A stretch of DNA of 56,507 nucleotides, counting the filler, from Malassezia furfur (taxonomy: Eukaryota): assembly GCA_052055015.1 (NCBI GenBank). It is 3 parts of 3 records of this genome, joined end to end, with 100 filler letters (N's around TTAATTAATTAA, not from the genome) between each part and the next. Parts side by side here need not be neighbours in the genome. Positions count along the whole stretch, not along the records: positions 37,757 to 56,507 come from JBQJIT010000202.1; 2 more parts are not named here. One strand, 5' to 3'. The translations under genes were made by a program, and so were the position numbers. Under the pieces are notes generated by a model. That model had not been told where the DNA came from. It saw only the letters and a list, made by a program, of their open reading frames with translations, and did not search any database. Shown here piece by piece: positions 40,618 to 53,811 of this stretch; positions within the stretch are counted from its first letter, which is position 1, and each line of letters begins with the position of its first letter.

Positions 40618-41475
40618 ATGCTGACTCAGCAACGTAGCGCGGGGTTGCCCTCCGACGCCATGGCCACGTTTGCCCAGCACGCGTACGAGAAGCTGTTTAC
40701 GCCGCACCAAGCGAGTCCCTATGTCGTGAAGGGCATTGTGGACTTGACGCAGCCTTCGCTGTGGATTGCAGTGGCCTCTATGTACGTGTTATTGCTTACG
40801 CAGCCTGTTCAACCCCACCTTCTGGAACATTGTCGCCCAGAATGGTGCGTGACTCACTTGACCCAGAACACCACAATCGCACCATCACCAAGCTCCTGGG
40901 CGGACGCCGGTACCTCGGATGCTACCTGCTTGCCGTGACCATTTTCTCGCTTGGCATCCTGCGTGACATGCTGTACAACCGCGCGCTTGCCGCGCAGCCG
41001 ACGAACCCCGCCCTGGAGAACAACGCGGTGCGCGCGCTCGCTGTCGTGCTATTTGCCGTGGGTAATGTGCTGGTTATCTCGTCTATGTACATGCTGGGCG
41101 TGACGGGCACGTACCTCGGCGACTACTTTGGCATCCTGATGGACCACATGGTCACGGGCTTCCCATTCAACGTCGTCGCCGACCCTATGTACTGGGGCAG
41201 CTCGGCCAACTTTGTCGCTGTCGCGCTGTGGTACGCGAAGCCGGCTGGTCTGTTGCTCAGCGTAGTGGTCATCGTGACGTATGCCGTCGCGCTGCAATTT
41301 GAAGGGTACGTTACCGCCTGGCTCACCTTCCAGCCCGTTCACGTCCAACATCTACAAAGAGGCTGCGGAGCGCAAGCAGGCCAGTCAGGTAAGTGCCAAG
41401 CCGGCGCCGGTCGTCCAGACCTCCGCACGTCCGTACGCGACGCGTGCTGCAACGCGCTCGCAAAAGGCCCAGTAG
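40618..41475 (+). CDS. OPI3: Opi3, copy 2; introns 40782-40803, 40845-40866, 41306-41333
   Basis: Same motifs and intron sizes (22/22/28 nt) as copy 1. Confidence 0.93.
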
Positions 41476-41519
41476 AAGAAGTAGTTTCTCTGTAATTGCC
41501 TGGCTTGTGCTCTCTCCAC

Positions 41520-42383
41520 ATGCGCCGCTTCGCACGCGGGGGTCGAGCGCGCTGGGCACGCATAGGCGCCGCCCTGCTTGCATGCGTAATAGTGCTTCAG
41601 TGGTGGTATGCGGGTGTGTATCTTGACGGTGCGGCGTATCGTCCGACATGGCGCCATGTGCTCGTCGTAACCGCTCATCCTGACGACGAATGCATGTTTT
41701 TTGCGCCGACGATCCAGGCCTTGCGCGATCACCACATCTCGATCTCAGCACTATGTCTCTCACAAGGTAAGCGATCCGCGCAAACTGACCCAGGCGATGC
41801 ACTTGGCCTCGGTGACCGACGCAAGACAGAGCTGCTAGCGAGCTACGAGGTCCTTGGGGTTCCTTCTGACAATGTCACTTGCCTGCATGATCCGTGCGTC
41901 ACCCCGTATTGACACAGACGCCTCCTCGACGGCATGGACACAATATGGGATCCCGCCTACATTGCACAGCAAATTGCAGAGCATGTTGGTAAGAGTGACA
42001 TCGACGCTGTATGTAAGGCACACACTGACCAGATCTTGACCTTTGACGCAGGCGGTGTCTCCCAGCACGCCAACCACATTGCCACGTATTACGGCGCACG
42101 CCGTGCCCAGTCACTCCTTGGCCAACAGCCTGATCTGCTCACCCTCCAATCGCGGTCCATTTGGACCAAGTTTGGAGGTATGACAGTCGCTGTGATGGAT
42201 ACGCTGACCTCTCGAAACGGCCTGCACTCGCTCGCCGCACCACACCGCTACCTTCGCGCTTTGGCAGCAATGCGGGAGCACGCATCACAGTTGGTATGGT
42301 TTCGTTATCTTTATGTCCTATGTTCGACCTATATGCATACAAATGCGGTATCATATTACCCTGCGCGTAGTGCTCGTGTCTGA
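41520..42383 (+). CDS. GPI12: PIG-L/Gpi12, copy 2; introns 41767-41793, 41894-41917, 42009-42032
   Basis: AHPDDE and GVSQHANH motifs; spliced length 789 nt. Confidence 0.92.
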
Positions 42384-42448
42384 TCATTAACAGGGTATGT
42401 GTCCATAATCGAATTCTCTCGTCACCCATCAAATCAAGCCAACGAAAA

Positions 42449-43552
42449 TCATGCTTGCACGCATGCGATCCGGTACGGAACATGAGATGCCTTGGGCGGG
42501 TGTTGGCGAAGCCAAATGTCCAATGGTGTCGCACGTAACCGTGGGATCGCGTGCACCCATCGCCGCAAGTCGCGAATCGAGCAGCGCAACTCGGGGCGCA
42601 GGGTGAAGATACGCTTGAGTACCGCGTTGGTCTCTGGCGAGATGGGCAGAATCTTCAGAAGGTAGTCGGGGTCGCGGACGTATTCGCGGAAAATTTCGTC
42701 CTTCATCGTGGCCTGCTTCCACGGGTTGCGACCACAGATGAGGTTGATCAGGATCACGCCTAGCGACCACACATCATTCGCCGCAGTATTATAATGAGAG
42801 ATGCGGTTACCGAGGCCACCCTGGCACTCGGGACCCATATAAAAGGTGCTGCCGCACCCAAAGTCTTTGCTCCACCGGTCGCCAGTGGCGAGGCCGAAGT
42901 CGCCCAAGAAAACCTTGGCACCATCGTGACTGCACAGAATGTTGTCTGGCTTCAGATCACGGTGGTAGATGCCAAGAGAATGACAATGCTCGACAGCATC
43001 CAAGATCTGATTGAAAATCTCCTTAATCACCATGTCCATGGCAGCGTGCTTCTGAAGAAGTTGTGCGTCGTCTGGCAGTGGTCGCCCGTCGTCGTACTTG
43101 GTATCGAGCAAGGGAGGTTCCCTGATCACAGCGTAGCGTTGCTTCTCGGTAATCATAGAAAATAGGTCCCCGTTGGGACAGTATTCCATCACAATAAAAA
43201 TGAACGGTGCATCTTCGTCGTCAATGATCTCGTGTAGGGTGACGACATTGGGGTTAGACGATGTCATAGTGTGTAGCAGTGTCTCGCGATGTTGGAACGC
43301 CCGCTGCCGAGAATCCATTTGGCTCTTGTCGAGACACTTGACCGCGACATAGGTATTTGAGTCATTCCAGTTTGGCATCCGGCTCAGGTCAACGGATGCG
43401 GTCTTTTTGCTCGTTTGTTTGTGCCTCAAGTCGAAAGCACGGTACACGACACCGTACGCACCCAGACCCAGGACAGATTCGAGTTCGTACCGACCGTGAC
43501 CAATGCGCTGCCCGACCAGCTTGGGCTGCTGCGTCGCCGACATTCGTGGCAT
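42449..43552 (-). CDS. Ran1/Sks1-like kinase, copy 2
   Basis: 367 aa, same kinase motifs as 12995-14098. Confidence 0.9.
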   Translation of the reverse strand: MPRMSATQQPKLVGQRIGHGRYELESVLGLGAYGVVYRAFDLRHKQTSKKTASVDLSRMPNWNDSNTYVAVKCLDKSQMDSRQRAFQHRETLLHTMTSSNPNVVTLHEIIDDEDAPFIFIVMEYCPNGDLFSMITEKQRYAVIREPPLLDTKYDDGRPLPDDAQLLQKHAAMDMVIKEIFNQILDAVEHCHSLGIYHRDLKPDNILCSHDGAKVFLGDFGLATGDRWSKDFGCGSTFYMGPECQGGLGNRISHYNTAANDVWSLGVILINLICGRNPWKQATMKDEIFREYVRDPDYLLKILPISPETNAVLKRIFTLRPELRCSIRDLRRWVHAIPRLRATPLDIWLRQHPPKASHVPYRIACVQA

Positions 43553-43984
43553 TACCGTTCAATCGCAGAAGGAGAAAACGAGCACTGGATCTTCAATTCC
43601 CACGTAGGTTATAAACTCCGAATGGGAACTGAGTGGCGGTAGAGAAGGGTACGACTCAATTACCAGCCCATCGTGGGCTAGCGGTCAAACTTGTTTTCCT
43701 GGCCCTGGCCCCACCGCATGCAGGGTTCGGTCATTATAGATCGCTCGGCCTCAATACGCCCCGAAAGATTTAGACATACGGGCCAAACTGTTTTGACCGC
43801 ATGCCCCGTGCCCTGGATTGTAGCCCAAACCTTCAAAACCTTGGGTTGGCGCGGACGGTGACGTCATTGGACAGCCCGTTGTGACATCATAGTTTGCGGG
43901 GTCGAAACGTGCTCGACACGTTGAGCTTGAGCAGCCAGGGCCGCTGACTAAACCGCCACGGCTCTTGGTGGTGCGCCCCCACAG

Positions 43985-46026
43985 ATGCGAAGGCTGCTGG
44001 CGCGAAAAGCACCGGTTCGTGTGGAGGACAGCGAGCCGGCGCCGATCGAGCTACCAGCAACACAGACAGAAAGTGCACATACGACGTATCCCACATATGG
44101 AGAAGTCTATGCGAACGATGTGCGCAAAGATCGTGAAACACACAGCCTCGCGTCGTCCTTTAAGTTCGCAGCGCGGCGTGAACGCAACATGGCACGAGAT
44201 GGCCTGATCTTGATGAACGAGGGATCTAAGCACCTAAGGGCTCGGGATGCGCCCTTGCGGCGTTCCGGGACATGGTCGCAGGGACATCGGCCATCCGACC
44301 TGAGTACAGCCACACACACCGATGATCCCACATCTTCGCCCTACCCGGTGTACCACCCGCATACGGCTGAGGCACCGAGCGGCGAGCGCCAACGACATCG
44401 TGATCGTTCGAGTGGCTTGTTTAAATGGAAACGCACGCACAATGCGTCTGACCCGCCGCGGCCACAACCAGAAGACCGGCGCGAGAACGAACCGAGCGAC
44501 AGCCAGCAGTTGTCGATGGAGATCAGTATGTGCTTGTACTCACACAGGTATGTTCTGCCGAGACCCTCCACGTCCAGATGACTGGCGTCGTGTCCATGCG
44601 CTGGGCGATCTGATCCATTCCTCAGAAGCGAACAGCAAAGAGGCGGTGCGCACCTTACGCCTCGAGCTCCGGAGCGGCGACCTCCACGTGCAACGGCGCG
44701 CGGTCCGTGCGTGGGGCCTGTGGTCACTCTCGGCGGGGGGGACGTTTGGCACATATGCGGCCAACACGCAGCTGTTGGGGATTCTGGAAGACATTTTGAA
44801 CAACTCGCTTACCTTCCCTGAACTGCGGGAGGACACGCTGCAAGTTCTGAGCGCACTGGCGTATCGGGTACGTTGCATCCCTAACGCAGTCCAAAACGTC
44901 GCAGCGCTTGCGACCAGTGGCACGCCTATGGGCACGTGTGCGCCCCGAGAGCAGCGCCGAGGCAGGTGAGCCGCTTCAGCATGCGCTCTTTGGAGGGAGT
45001 CCCGATCCATCACCCGCAGATGGACAGTTTGTCCCTCTCTATATGCTTGACACGAATCCTCGAGACCCTGATGAACACACGCTGCCGAGCCTTCCCGTCG
45101 AGCAGCCTCCTGCGGCGCCAGGACGGACTCAGGCAATTCCAGCCTCGCTCGAGATCCGACGCCCCGCGCACGACCCAGGCCTGGCACCGCCCGTGCAGCA
45201 AGCTGAGCTTGCTACGCCTACACTGGACGCACAACTTGGCGATATGTCGCTTGCAACCAACGAGGTCTCTCCGCTTGCGCTCTCGTCCGAGTCGCGTCTG
45301 CCGGCCAGTGCCTCGCACCGATCACTACCCTTTGACATGGCGTACGGCGAGGAGATGGGCGCGCGTGATGCGACATCTAACCCGCTCCCCATGTCACAGC
45401 CGCCGGTCGAAGATACCGCGGAGCATGTTTCACGCGTATACCACGAGTGCCAATTGACTAAGTCCAATGCGTCGGTGCTCACCGAAACCCTCTCCTTCGA
45501 GGGCCTCCACTCGGCTCTGGTGGACGAGTTTTTGGGTAAGGTGCAAGAGTCGCAAGATTCGCTCCTTTCAGAGTTGGCGTGGACATCGGAGTATGCTGAG
45601 TCACACCATATCACGGACGAGGCAGCGGCCGGGGCGGAGGCACTACTTGCCGATGTACTCGAATCGCTGAGCACACTCGGCGAAGCACTTAACTTGTATG
45701 GTCGCCTGCTGGACGCGCAAGAGACGCAGCCCCGAAGCCCTATGCCACACGATGCGCCTGAAACTGATGACGTATCCGAAGTTCTGCACGACCCCGTCCA
45801 TCCAAGCGAAAAAGCGCTTGGAAAGCGCCGCGCCGTGGAGGACGACGGGGACGGTGGCGCATCGATGCCTGCGGCCGGCACAACATACGTGTCGTCAGCG
45901 CCTGTCGAACAGGTATGGCCTCGTGAACCGACGCCGAATGCGGCTGTACCGCGTGAGACGCGTCCGCCCAAGCCACCCCTGCCGATGGTACCTGTGAATG
46001 CAGAGCAAATGGGTGGCCAGCATTAG
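43985..46026 (+). CDS. VHS-GAT (Lsb5/TOM1-like) protein, copy 2; introns 44526-44547, 44868-44889
   Basis: 665 aa after splicing; 4 aa shorter than copy 1 in the C-terminal tail. Confidence 0.7.
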
Positions 46027-46076
46027 ACAGAGTGGAAAAGGTAGGGGGGCCTTGCGGCCCCATCCGTATATATTCG

Positions 46077-46728
46077 CTACGTGCGGAACGTAAACCGGCG
46101 CTTGTCCTGGCCAATACGCGGAGGCACTGGCGGGTCGTGTTGCCCCGGCTGTTCCACCTCTGGAATCGGCGCGTCCTGCGAAACGGGCTCGACCGGAACA
46201 TGTGGAGGGAGCGGCGGCGGCTGGAGCCTTGCCTGTTCTTCGCGCGCCCGCAGCTCCTCCTCGATCATGCGCTGAATAGCAGCATTTTCGCGCTCGTCCC
46301 GCGCATGTGCTTCGCGATACCGCTTGGCCCAGTCGACCTTGCTCTCGGTCTCGCGCTGGTCAATCTTGTCCTGGTTCCAGTACTGCACCTTGCCCGGTGT
46401 GCCATCCTCGTTCGGCGGCAGGACCTTGGTCTTGGGCGCTTCGAACATGAGAAGCCCGACTCCTGCCGCACCAACCGTGAGCGTCTGGAATAGTACACGA
46501 TAGCGCAGGGCGCGTTGGAACAAATGACGGTTGCCCTTGCGCAGCTGGATCGACGCGTAGGTAAGCGCCACGGTGGTAAGCAGACACCCTGCGTCAGCGA
46601 GTGGACAACGCACCGATGGGAACGAGCGGGTCGTTCTTCATCTTTCGCATAAACTTCTCGCCCATTGTCTCCTCATCCTCAATTGAGGTCGGGAGGAAGG
46701 GGTCGTCATCGCGGTTGTCTGTGCTCAT
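46077..46728 (-). CDS. RCF1: Rcf1, copy 2; intron 46589-46613
   Basis: Counterpart of 9803-10454. Confidence 0.85.
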
Positions 46729-46757
46729 CGTGTTCAGAAGGCGACCTACCTCCACAT

Positions 46758-49049
46758 CTACGGTTGCACAAAGTACTTCCCAGCGACCGTCTCGCGGTGG
46801 ACACTCGCAAAAACCACCGCCTGCTCGCTCGAAACCGGCTCAATGCCGACGTCACTCAGGGTATGTGCGGCAAGCTGCCACGAGGCCGACACGGGCTGTG
46901 GCGTGCCCTGTGTCGCGAGCGGGAACCGCGCGAGGATCTTGTTCAGAGTCGTGTCGTCCAGCGGCAGCGTTGTGGGGCGCTCCCAATGCAGCTGCTGTGC
47001 ACTCGGGTCCCATGCACCCACCGGCTGGCTCAGCACTGCACCTGCCACGGGCGTCTCGTGCGGGAGCGTCACGGCAAACGACACGGCCTGCAACGCGGCA
47101 TGCGGCGCACGGGCCGCCAAGTGCGATGCGGAATTGACACGGTAGTTGAGCAGCAACGAGCTCTGCTGTGGCTCACACCGCCATTGCGGCTCAAGCAGGA
47201 TGGGCGCCCACTGCGCATAGGTATCGGGGCTCGTGTGCAGTTGGTAACGCAGCGCGATGACGTTGCTGCCCGCGCGGCTGAGCTCACCGAGATCCAGTTC
47301 GTAGACGTGCGGTGCCCCAGCCACCTCGGCCAGCACGTCGGGATGGGCGGCGACTTTTTCAAGCTGGTCGGCATGCGTGATCTTGATGCGAGCGCGCCCA
47401 CTCGTAGGGCCTGCGGCGAGCATCGTGAGGTGGATCTCGCCGACGACCATAACGCGCGTCAGTGCGCCGTTGACCCACATGACGTTGGTCCGTTCCACGA
47501 CGCGCGCCGAAAGCGGCACAGCATGCACCACGGGCGACATGTGTGTTGTCGAGATGGTCGCGGGCGAAAAGGCAGACGTCAGTGGCGGCGCCGGTGTCGT
47601 TGTCTCGGACGCCTGTTGCGCGGCGCGCGACTCCTCCACGGGCGGTGACTGACTGGGAGGGTCAATCGTCGGCACACTCGAGTTGCGGTACTCGCGTCGG
47701 CGCGACACGGGCGCCGGCATGCCGAGGCTCGAGTTACGCAGCTGCGTCCGCATGCGCTCCCATGCAGCCTCCTCCTCCTGGCTGTCGGGCATCGGCGGCG
47801 TCTCGGTGAGGTGCGTCGTGGCGCGCCGCGCATTGCGCCGCGCCGTAGCCTCCTCATTGCTGCTCGGCCCCCGCCGCGGGCCGAGCGGCGCTTGCGATGT
47901 CATCGACGTATCTGGCGAGGCAGTTGTTGTGCGCCCTGCCAAGTTGTTGGCGACGCTGCGCCCGGTCGTGAGCTGCGACGGCACCGGACTCGGTGCGTCG
48001 TACATGCCGTGTTCGCGGATCGGTGTGGTGGTGGGGCTTGTCGAGTGGTGCAGCAGAGCGCTGGGCAGCGGCACCGAGAAGCGCGGCGATGCGCGCCCAA
48101 CCGGGGCCTCGTTCTGCTCCCACTGGTCACGCCATCGCTGTATGTGCGGCACCGACGATTCCTGGCTCATGGTGCGCGATGGCGCACGGCCCTGTCCACC
48201 GTCGGCCACGGTCGCCGAGTGGAGCGGCGACGACGCCGTGGACGCCAGCGCCCGGCTCCGCTCGGGGAGTCGGATCGCGTCCACGTATGCGAGCATCTCG
48301 TGGTCCACGTTGAATTGAGATGCTGCATGGCCCGTCTCGCGCGCGACGTCGTACATGGCCTTGGCCATGTCGTTCTGCGCCCGCGCGAATTGGCGGACGG
48401 TTTCACGGAGCATCGTGAGCCGCGCACGGTCCACACGTTCGTAGGCTTGCACGGCGGGCGGAGCATTCTTATCCCACTGGCCGACCGCACGCGTAAGTGC
48501 CTGCTGCGTCGCCTCGAGCTTGGCGTGCTGGGCACCCGTGCGTTTGCTCTCGAATTTCTTCTGGTCTTTGTGCAGCTGGTTCTCGAGCGAGTTGAGGTCT
48601 TTGAGGATCGGCGCGAGGTTGTCATCATACCGCCGCAAGCTTGCCCACTCGCCGGACGATGGTGCTTCGCGTAGCGGCTGTTCGCATTCGCGCATAATGC
48701 GGCGCTCGAGCTGGCCGTGGATTTGGGCGACCTCGGCAAGCTCGCTCACGAGCCGGTCGTACACATCGCGGTACTCGGGGGGGAGGTAAGTGGTGTCTGA
48801 CAAGAATGAGCGCTTGGTGATTTTCTGCAGCTGGCGTACGTAGGCCTCTTCGGCCTCGCGGCGCGCCGAGAAGTAGTCGGCACTGGGTCAGTGCGAAGCA
48901 GCCTACATCTGTTCGTGGAAGATTCGGGCATTTTTTAGCCGCGTCTGCAACGCCTGGATACTGATGCGCGGGTCGGCGGGCTGCGCGGGTCAGGATGCAC
49001 GTATACGTACCACGAACACCGGCGCATACGACGACTCTGGCTCGCTCAT
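46758..49049 (-). CDS. SYP1: Syp1/FCHO-like muniscin, copy 2; introns 48981-49010, 48883-48906
   Basis: Spliced length 2238 nt as in copy 1. Confidence 0.8.
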
Positions 49050-49129
49050 CGTAGGACGACGCACCATGCGCGTGACCCGCAGCGGATGCCCACGTGGCAA
49101 CTCTACGCGCAGCTCCGCGTCTCTCCACG

Positions 49130-50302
49130 ATGGCCGACTTTACCAAGTTGAGCATCTTTGGCACGGTCTTTGAGGTCACATCACGCTATGAGAATCTGCA
49201 GCCCGTTGGTATGGGCGCATTCGGCCTGGTGTGCAGTGCCCGGGACAAGCTGACAGACACTTCGGTGGCTGTCAAGAAGGTCATGAAGCCCTTCTCCACC
49301 CCCGTATTGGCGAAACGCACATACCGTGAGCTGAAGCTGCTCAAGAATATCCGGCACGAGAATGTACGTACGACCTGTGCTCACGACCAGATCATCAGCC
49401 TGAGCGACATTTTCATCTCGCCACTCGAAGATCTGTACTTCGTCACCGAGCTGCTCGGCACCGACTTGCACCGTCTGCTGACGAGCCGCCCGCTCGAGAA
49501 GCAGTTTGTGCAATACTTCCTCTACCAGATCATGCGCGGTCTCAAGTACGTGCACTCCGCGGGTGTCGTGCACCGTGACTTGGTACGTCGCTTCACTTAC
49601 CCAGAAACCCAGCAACATTTTGATCAACGAAAACTGCGACCTGAAGATTTGCGACTTTGGTCTTGCGCGTGTGCAGGACCCGCAGATGACCGGCTATGTC
49701 TCGACGCGGTACTACCGCGCGCCCGAAATCATGCTGACCTGGCAAAAATACGACGTGGCGGTCGACGTGTGGAGCGCGGGGTGCATCTTCTCCGAGATGC
49801 TCGAAGGCAAGCCGTTGTTCCCCGGCAAGGACCATGTGAACCAATTCTCCATCATTACTGAGCTCCTGGGCACGCCGCCGGACGAGGTGATCCAGACCAT
49901 CTGCTCCGAAAACACGCTCCGGTTCGTCCAGTCGCTGCCGAAGCGCGAGCGCGTCGACTTCCGCGAGCGCTTCCCCAACACGGACCCCGAGGCGCTGGAC
50001 CTGCTCGACAAGATGCTCGTCTTTGACTTGAACAAGCGCATTACGGCGGCGCAGTCGCTCAGCCACCCGTACCTCGCGCCGTACCATAACCCGGCGGACG
50101 AGCCGGAGGCGGAGGAGCCGTTCGACTGGAGCTTCAACGACGCCGACCTGCCGATCGACACGTGGAAGGTGATGATGTACTCGGAAATTCTCGGTATGTG
50201 TGCTACCAACTTATATCAGACTTCCACAACCTCGAGGAGCCGGGTCTCGATACGGGCGCCGTGCCGATGGCCAAGTCGATCCAGGAAGTGGGCGAGCAGT
50301 AG
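49130..50302 (+). CDS. HOG1: Hog1 MAP kinase, copy 2; introns 49364-49390, 49583-49604, 50194-50219
   Basis: TGY motif; the protein appears identical to copy 1 in the segments compared. Confidence 0.97.
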
Positions 50303-50883
50303 GGCCGGTGCCACCGTATAATAGACCAGTTAGACCGGACATTGCGGCAGCGGCCCCTAGGCTACGCCGGGTGAGGGAACTTAGCCGAGCAGCATCCCCG
50401 ATGCGGTGCCCAACCATGCGTTTCCCTGCATGCCGCGCGCAGTAAGAGACCGCCAAGGCTATGGTGCGCACTCGGCGCCTGCTTAGCGAATCGTTGACGC
50501 GTCCTCCCTGCGTAGCCACATAAATCTCCGCACGGCCGACAAATCTCCACACGGTACGAATGAAATGAACGCACCCGGCTTCGTTGCTGCAATTTATGTC
50601 CACAGCACGTCCACAACCAATGTCTGAACGGCAATTGCGCTTACGCGTCCGCAGCCCCGCGTGCCCGGCCGAGCGCGCTGCATTACAGCGCTGCCGCGTG
50701 CGAAAGAGCAATTTTTGACCACGTGGATACAAAATCCCGCGCGAAAGGCACCGCCGCCAGGGCGCAAGTGTCTTCTCCACATCCTCAGGGGCCTCCGCTC
50801 GTGAACTGCGGTGTGCAACACGAGCGGGCGCGAGGGACCTCCACCTACCGTGTTCCCCCAGCATATCCCCTCCCCACCCGGCG

Positions 50884-53009
50884 ATGGTAGCGCTGCACAC
50901 AAGGCTCATAGCCTTGGTGCTATGCCTATCTCTGTTGCTTCTCCCTACGAGTGATGCAGCGAGATCCACAACGTCCGGGCACAGCAAGAGTCACTCCAAT
51001 ACATCTGGTACAGCCCCACCGACCGGCACCTTGTCGTCGACCAACAACATCAAGACACAACTCCCGACGCTCAGTACGGCGTCCTTTGTAAATGCAAGTA
51101 CTGGTCTCGCGCCCCAGCCCACCAATGTCCCCGTCGTGAAAGCAAACACGACGGATCCGTATACCCTGCAAGACTCGGTCATGGTGCGCAGTGACCTGCC
51201 CATCAACGCCACGAACGGCCTCTTTTTCAAGTTTAACACGACGATAAATACACCCATCTTTGTGTCGCTGTCACTTTGTGACGGGCCACGTATTCCGCCA
51301 TACAATACGAGCAACTCGACGTTGCTTGACAACCTGAAAATGGACGAAGACGAGGCGCGGCAGGCGACACTCGTGTCCTTGTTTGTGTCGGACAAATGGA
51401 GCATCCCTCGTCCAAATGCCGACTCGGGCCTATCTTCGTCTCTGATCGACTATGCACAGGGTGGGTGGGCCGAGGTGAAGCTGCCCAAAGGCTCCAAAGA
51501 TGGAATCTGGATTGGGGTCTTCCCACCGACGGACCCGCGCGGTCTGGACGGCGTGTACCGCATTCAGCTTTCGGCATCGACACACTGTATGTAATTTGTA
51601 CTCACCCAGCACAACTGGAGCAGGTCGCGACCGAATCTGGCTTATTTTACAACGATGCGGACGCAGACAGTGCGCTACTCACCTCGTTCAATTACACGTC
51701 GCCCGCGCCCAACATCAGCCTTATTGTGCTGCCGACCGAGGGCGCATTTTCCCTATCCTCCATCACCTACTTCAACTCGTCATTCTGTGCAATCTTTGAC
51801 ACATGGCAGGATTTGAGCCGCAGCGCCGAAGCGATTCATGTGAACAGCAGCGAGACGAGCCGCAATACGATCAACGTGGTGACACGCGGCGACATGCTCA
51901 AGCAAAAGAAACAAGCATCGCAGGCACCCTCGCCGAGCATCAACGACACCGCCGGTATGCAGCCGCCGGGGTCGGAATACGGCACGCGCGACATCGCCGC
52001 GGGCATGGTCGGCCTCGACGAGCTGGTGCGGCGTGGGTCGGTGGCCAACTCGACCAACAGCGACTCGGCTGATCAGTCGACGAGCCCTCAGGTGCGCATG
52101 CAGTTCCTGGCGTCGAACCTGCTGCCGGGTCACAACTACACGGCGTACCTTGTGTCGTCGGTGAACGCAAGCGGCGTGCTGAGTCGCACACTGTACCCCT
52201 CGGTCAAATTTGTCACGAAGCGCAACCGCAACTGCCGTCTGCTGTACGACGTGCCGTTCTGCCCCGAGCTCGCGTACTCGATCCCCTTCAACCCGTCCAA
52301 GTCGATGAGCTACGCGCTCGAGGTGCTCAACGAGATGGTCTCGGCCAACTACGGCAACTTTAGCGCGACCCTCGGCACCTTCCCGTGCGACTCGGACGAG
52401 TTTGGGCGGTACTCGAGCGTGACGACGTGCAACGACTGCCTGCGTGCCTACCAGAGCTGGCTGTGTGCCGTGGCGATCCCGCGGTGCACCGACGTCGTTG
52501 ACACGTCACAGAGCGCAGCGAGCCAGAACGGCACGGACCTTGAGGGTTTGCCGATGCCGGCCAACACGAATCTGTACCCGTACGTGGTGAACCGCATCGG
52601 GCCGAACAGCAGCCGACAGCCGTTCATCGACGAGCTGTTTGCGCCAGGCGACTACGGCGAACTGCTCCCGTGCCTGTCGACGTGCGAGATGGTGACCCGC
52701 TCGTGCCCACCGCTGATGAATTGGATGTGCCCCAAATGGACCGTGACAGCGGAGCGTGACTATGGCACGTTTGCGGATGCCGGCTCCGACGGCCTCGGCG
52801 CGGGCCTGAATGGCGGCGCGGGACAGCACGGCCTGCGGTACGGCGGCGCGCCTTCGCGCTACGTCGCATACGATGCATTTGGACACGTCTATTGCAACGC
52901 CATGGACGTCGACCGGCTCCTTCGGCAGGCGAATGCGGCCGCCGTCGCGCGGCCGGGCGTGCTGCTGGTGCTGGTCGCGTTGGTGGTGGGGGTATGGGGG
53001 GCGCTATAG
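50884..53009 (+). CDS. MID1: Mid1, copy 2; intron 51587-51609
   Basis: Spliced length 2103 nt as in copy 1; the intron is 23 nt versus 24 nt. Confidence 0.9.
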
Positions 53010-53025
53010 CACGCTCTTATGTACA

Positions 53026-53787
53026 TTAAAAACGTTCTTCACAAAACACCAGCACGTTCTCGTCCGGGTCCACTACACGGAACTCGCGCGTGCCCCATGC
53101 CGTGTTGTGCGGCTTATCTTCGATACGCGCTTGCAGAAAGTTTTCGATGGGGAAGTACTCGCGCAGCGTGAGCGAGTAGTGCTGTAGCTTGGCGGCAATC
53201 TCGTCAAAGAGCGCTGCGTCAGTACGCAGCGAACGCACCGTCCGCGTTGTGTACGACGATCCAGATCTGTGTGGGCCGCACCACATCCTCGACGCGCAGT
53301 ATAACGTGCACGCCGGGCGACGATGAGACGACCATCCCGCGCGGGCCCATACGTGGCGCCTTGGCGCCGCGCACCATGCGCACCCGCTTGTCGTGCGGCA
53401 GGCCGCGGCGCACAAACCCGAGCGCCTTGGCATAGAAATTCATCGCGAGCTCCAAACTGCGTCAGCGCGCCGACCTACGAGGACACGGGAAGAGAGGGAA
53501 TGGTGTGTAGCATCTCGATTGGGCCACGCGACGGTTTGCGCTCCGAGTCTGAGTCCGAGTCGTCGTGCCCGCCGCCTTGGTACCGTGCGAGGGGCGCACG
53601 TACCACCGTGTTGGGCGGCAGGATCGCAGGGCGGCGCATGTTGGTTGTTTTCGGGAGCGTCGCTGCATCGCTGCATTAGCACCAATACCCACCTCATCAT
53701 CTCTGCGACGCTCAGCGGTCTGTCGGCGAGCAGCGTGTTGAGCGAGAAGCTCGTCCCACGCCGCGCCGACAGCGGCGCGCGGTCCAT
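53026..53787 (-). CDS. VOC/glyoxalase-like protein, copy 2 (3 introns)
   Basis: 762-nt span as in copy 1, with the same splice sites. Confidence 0.8.
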
Positions 53788-53811
53788 CGTCGCACGAGCC
53801 ACGTGGCGACG

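Noticed and set aside
50709..50718. AATTTTTG Sm-site-like motif suggesting an snRNA or telomerase RNA
   Set aside because: Not identical in the other copy (AATTTCTG), and no snRNA signature or telomeric template is recognisable nearby.
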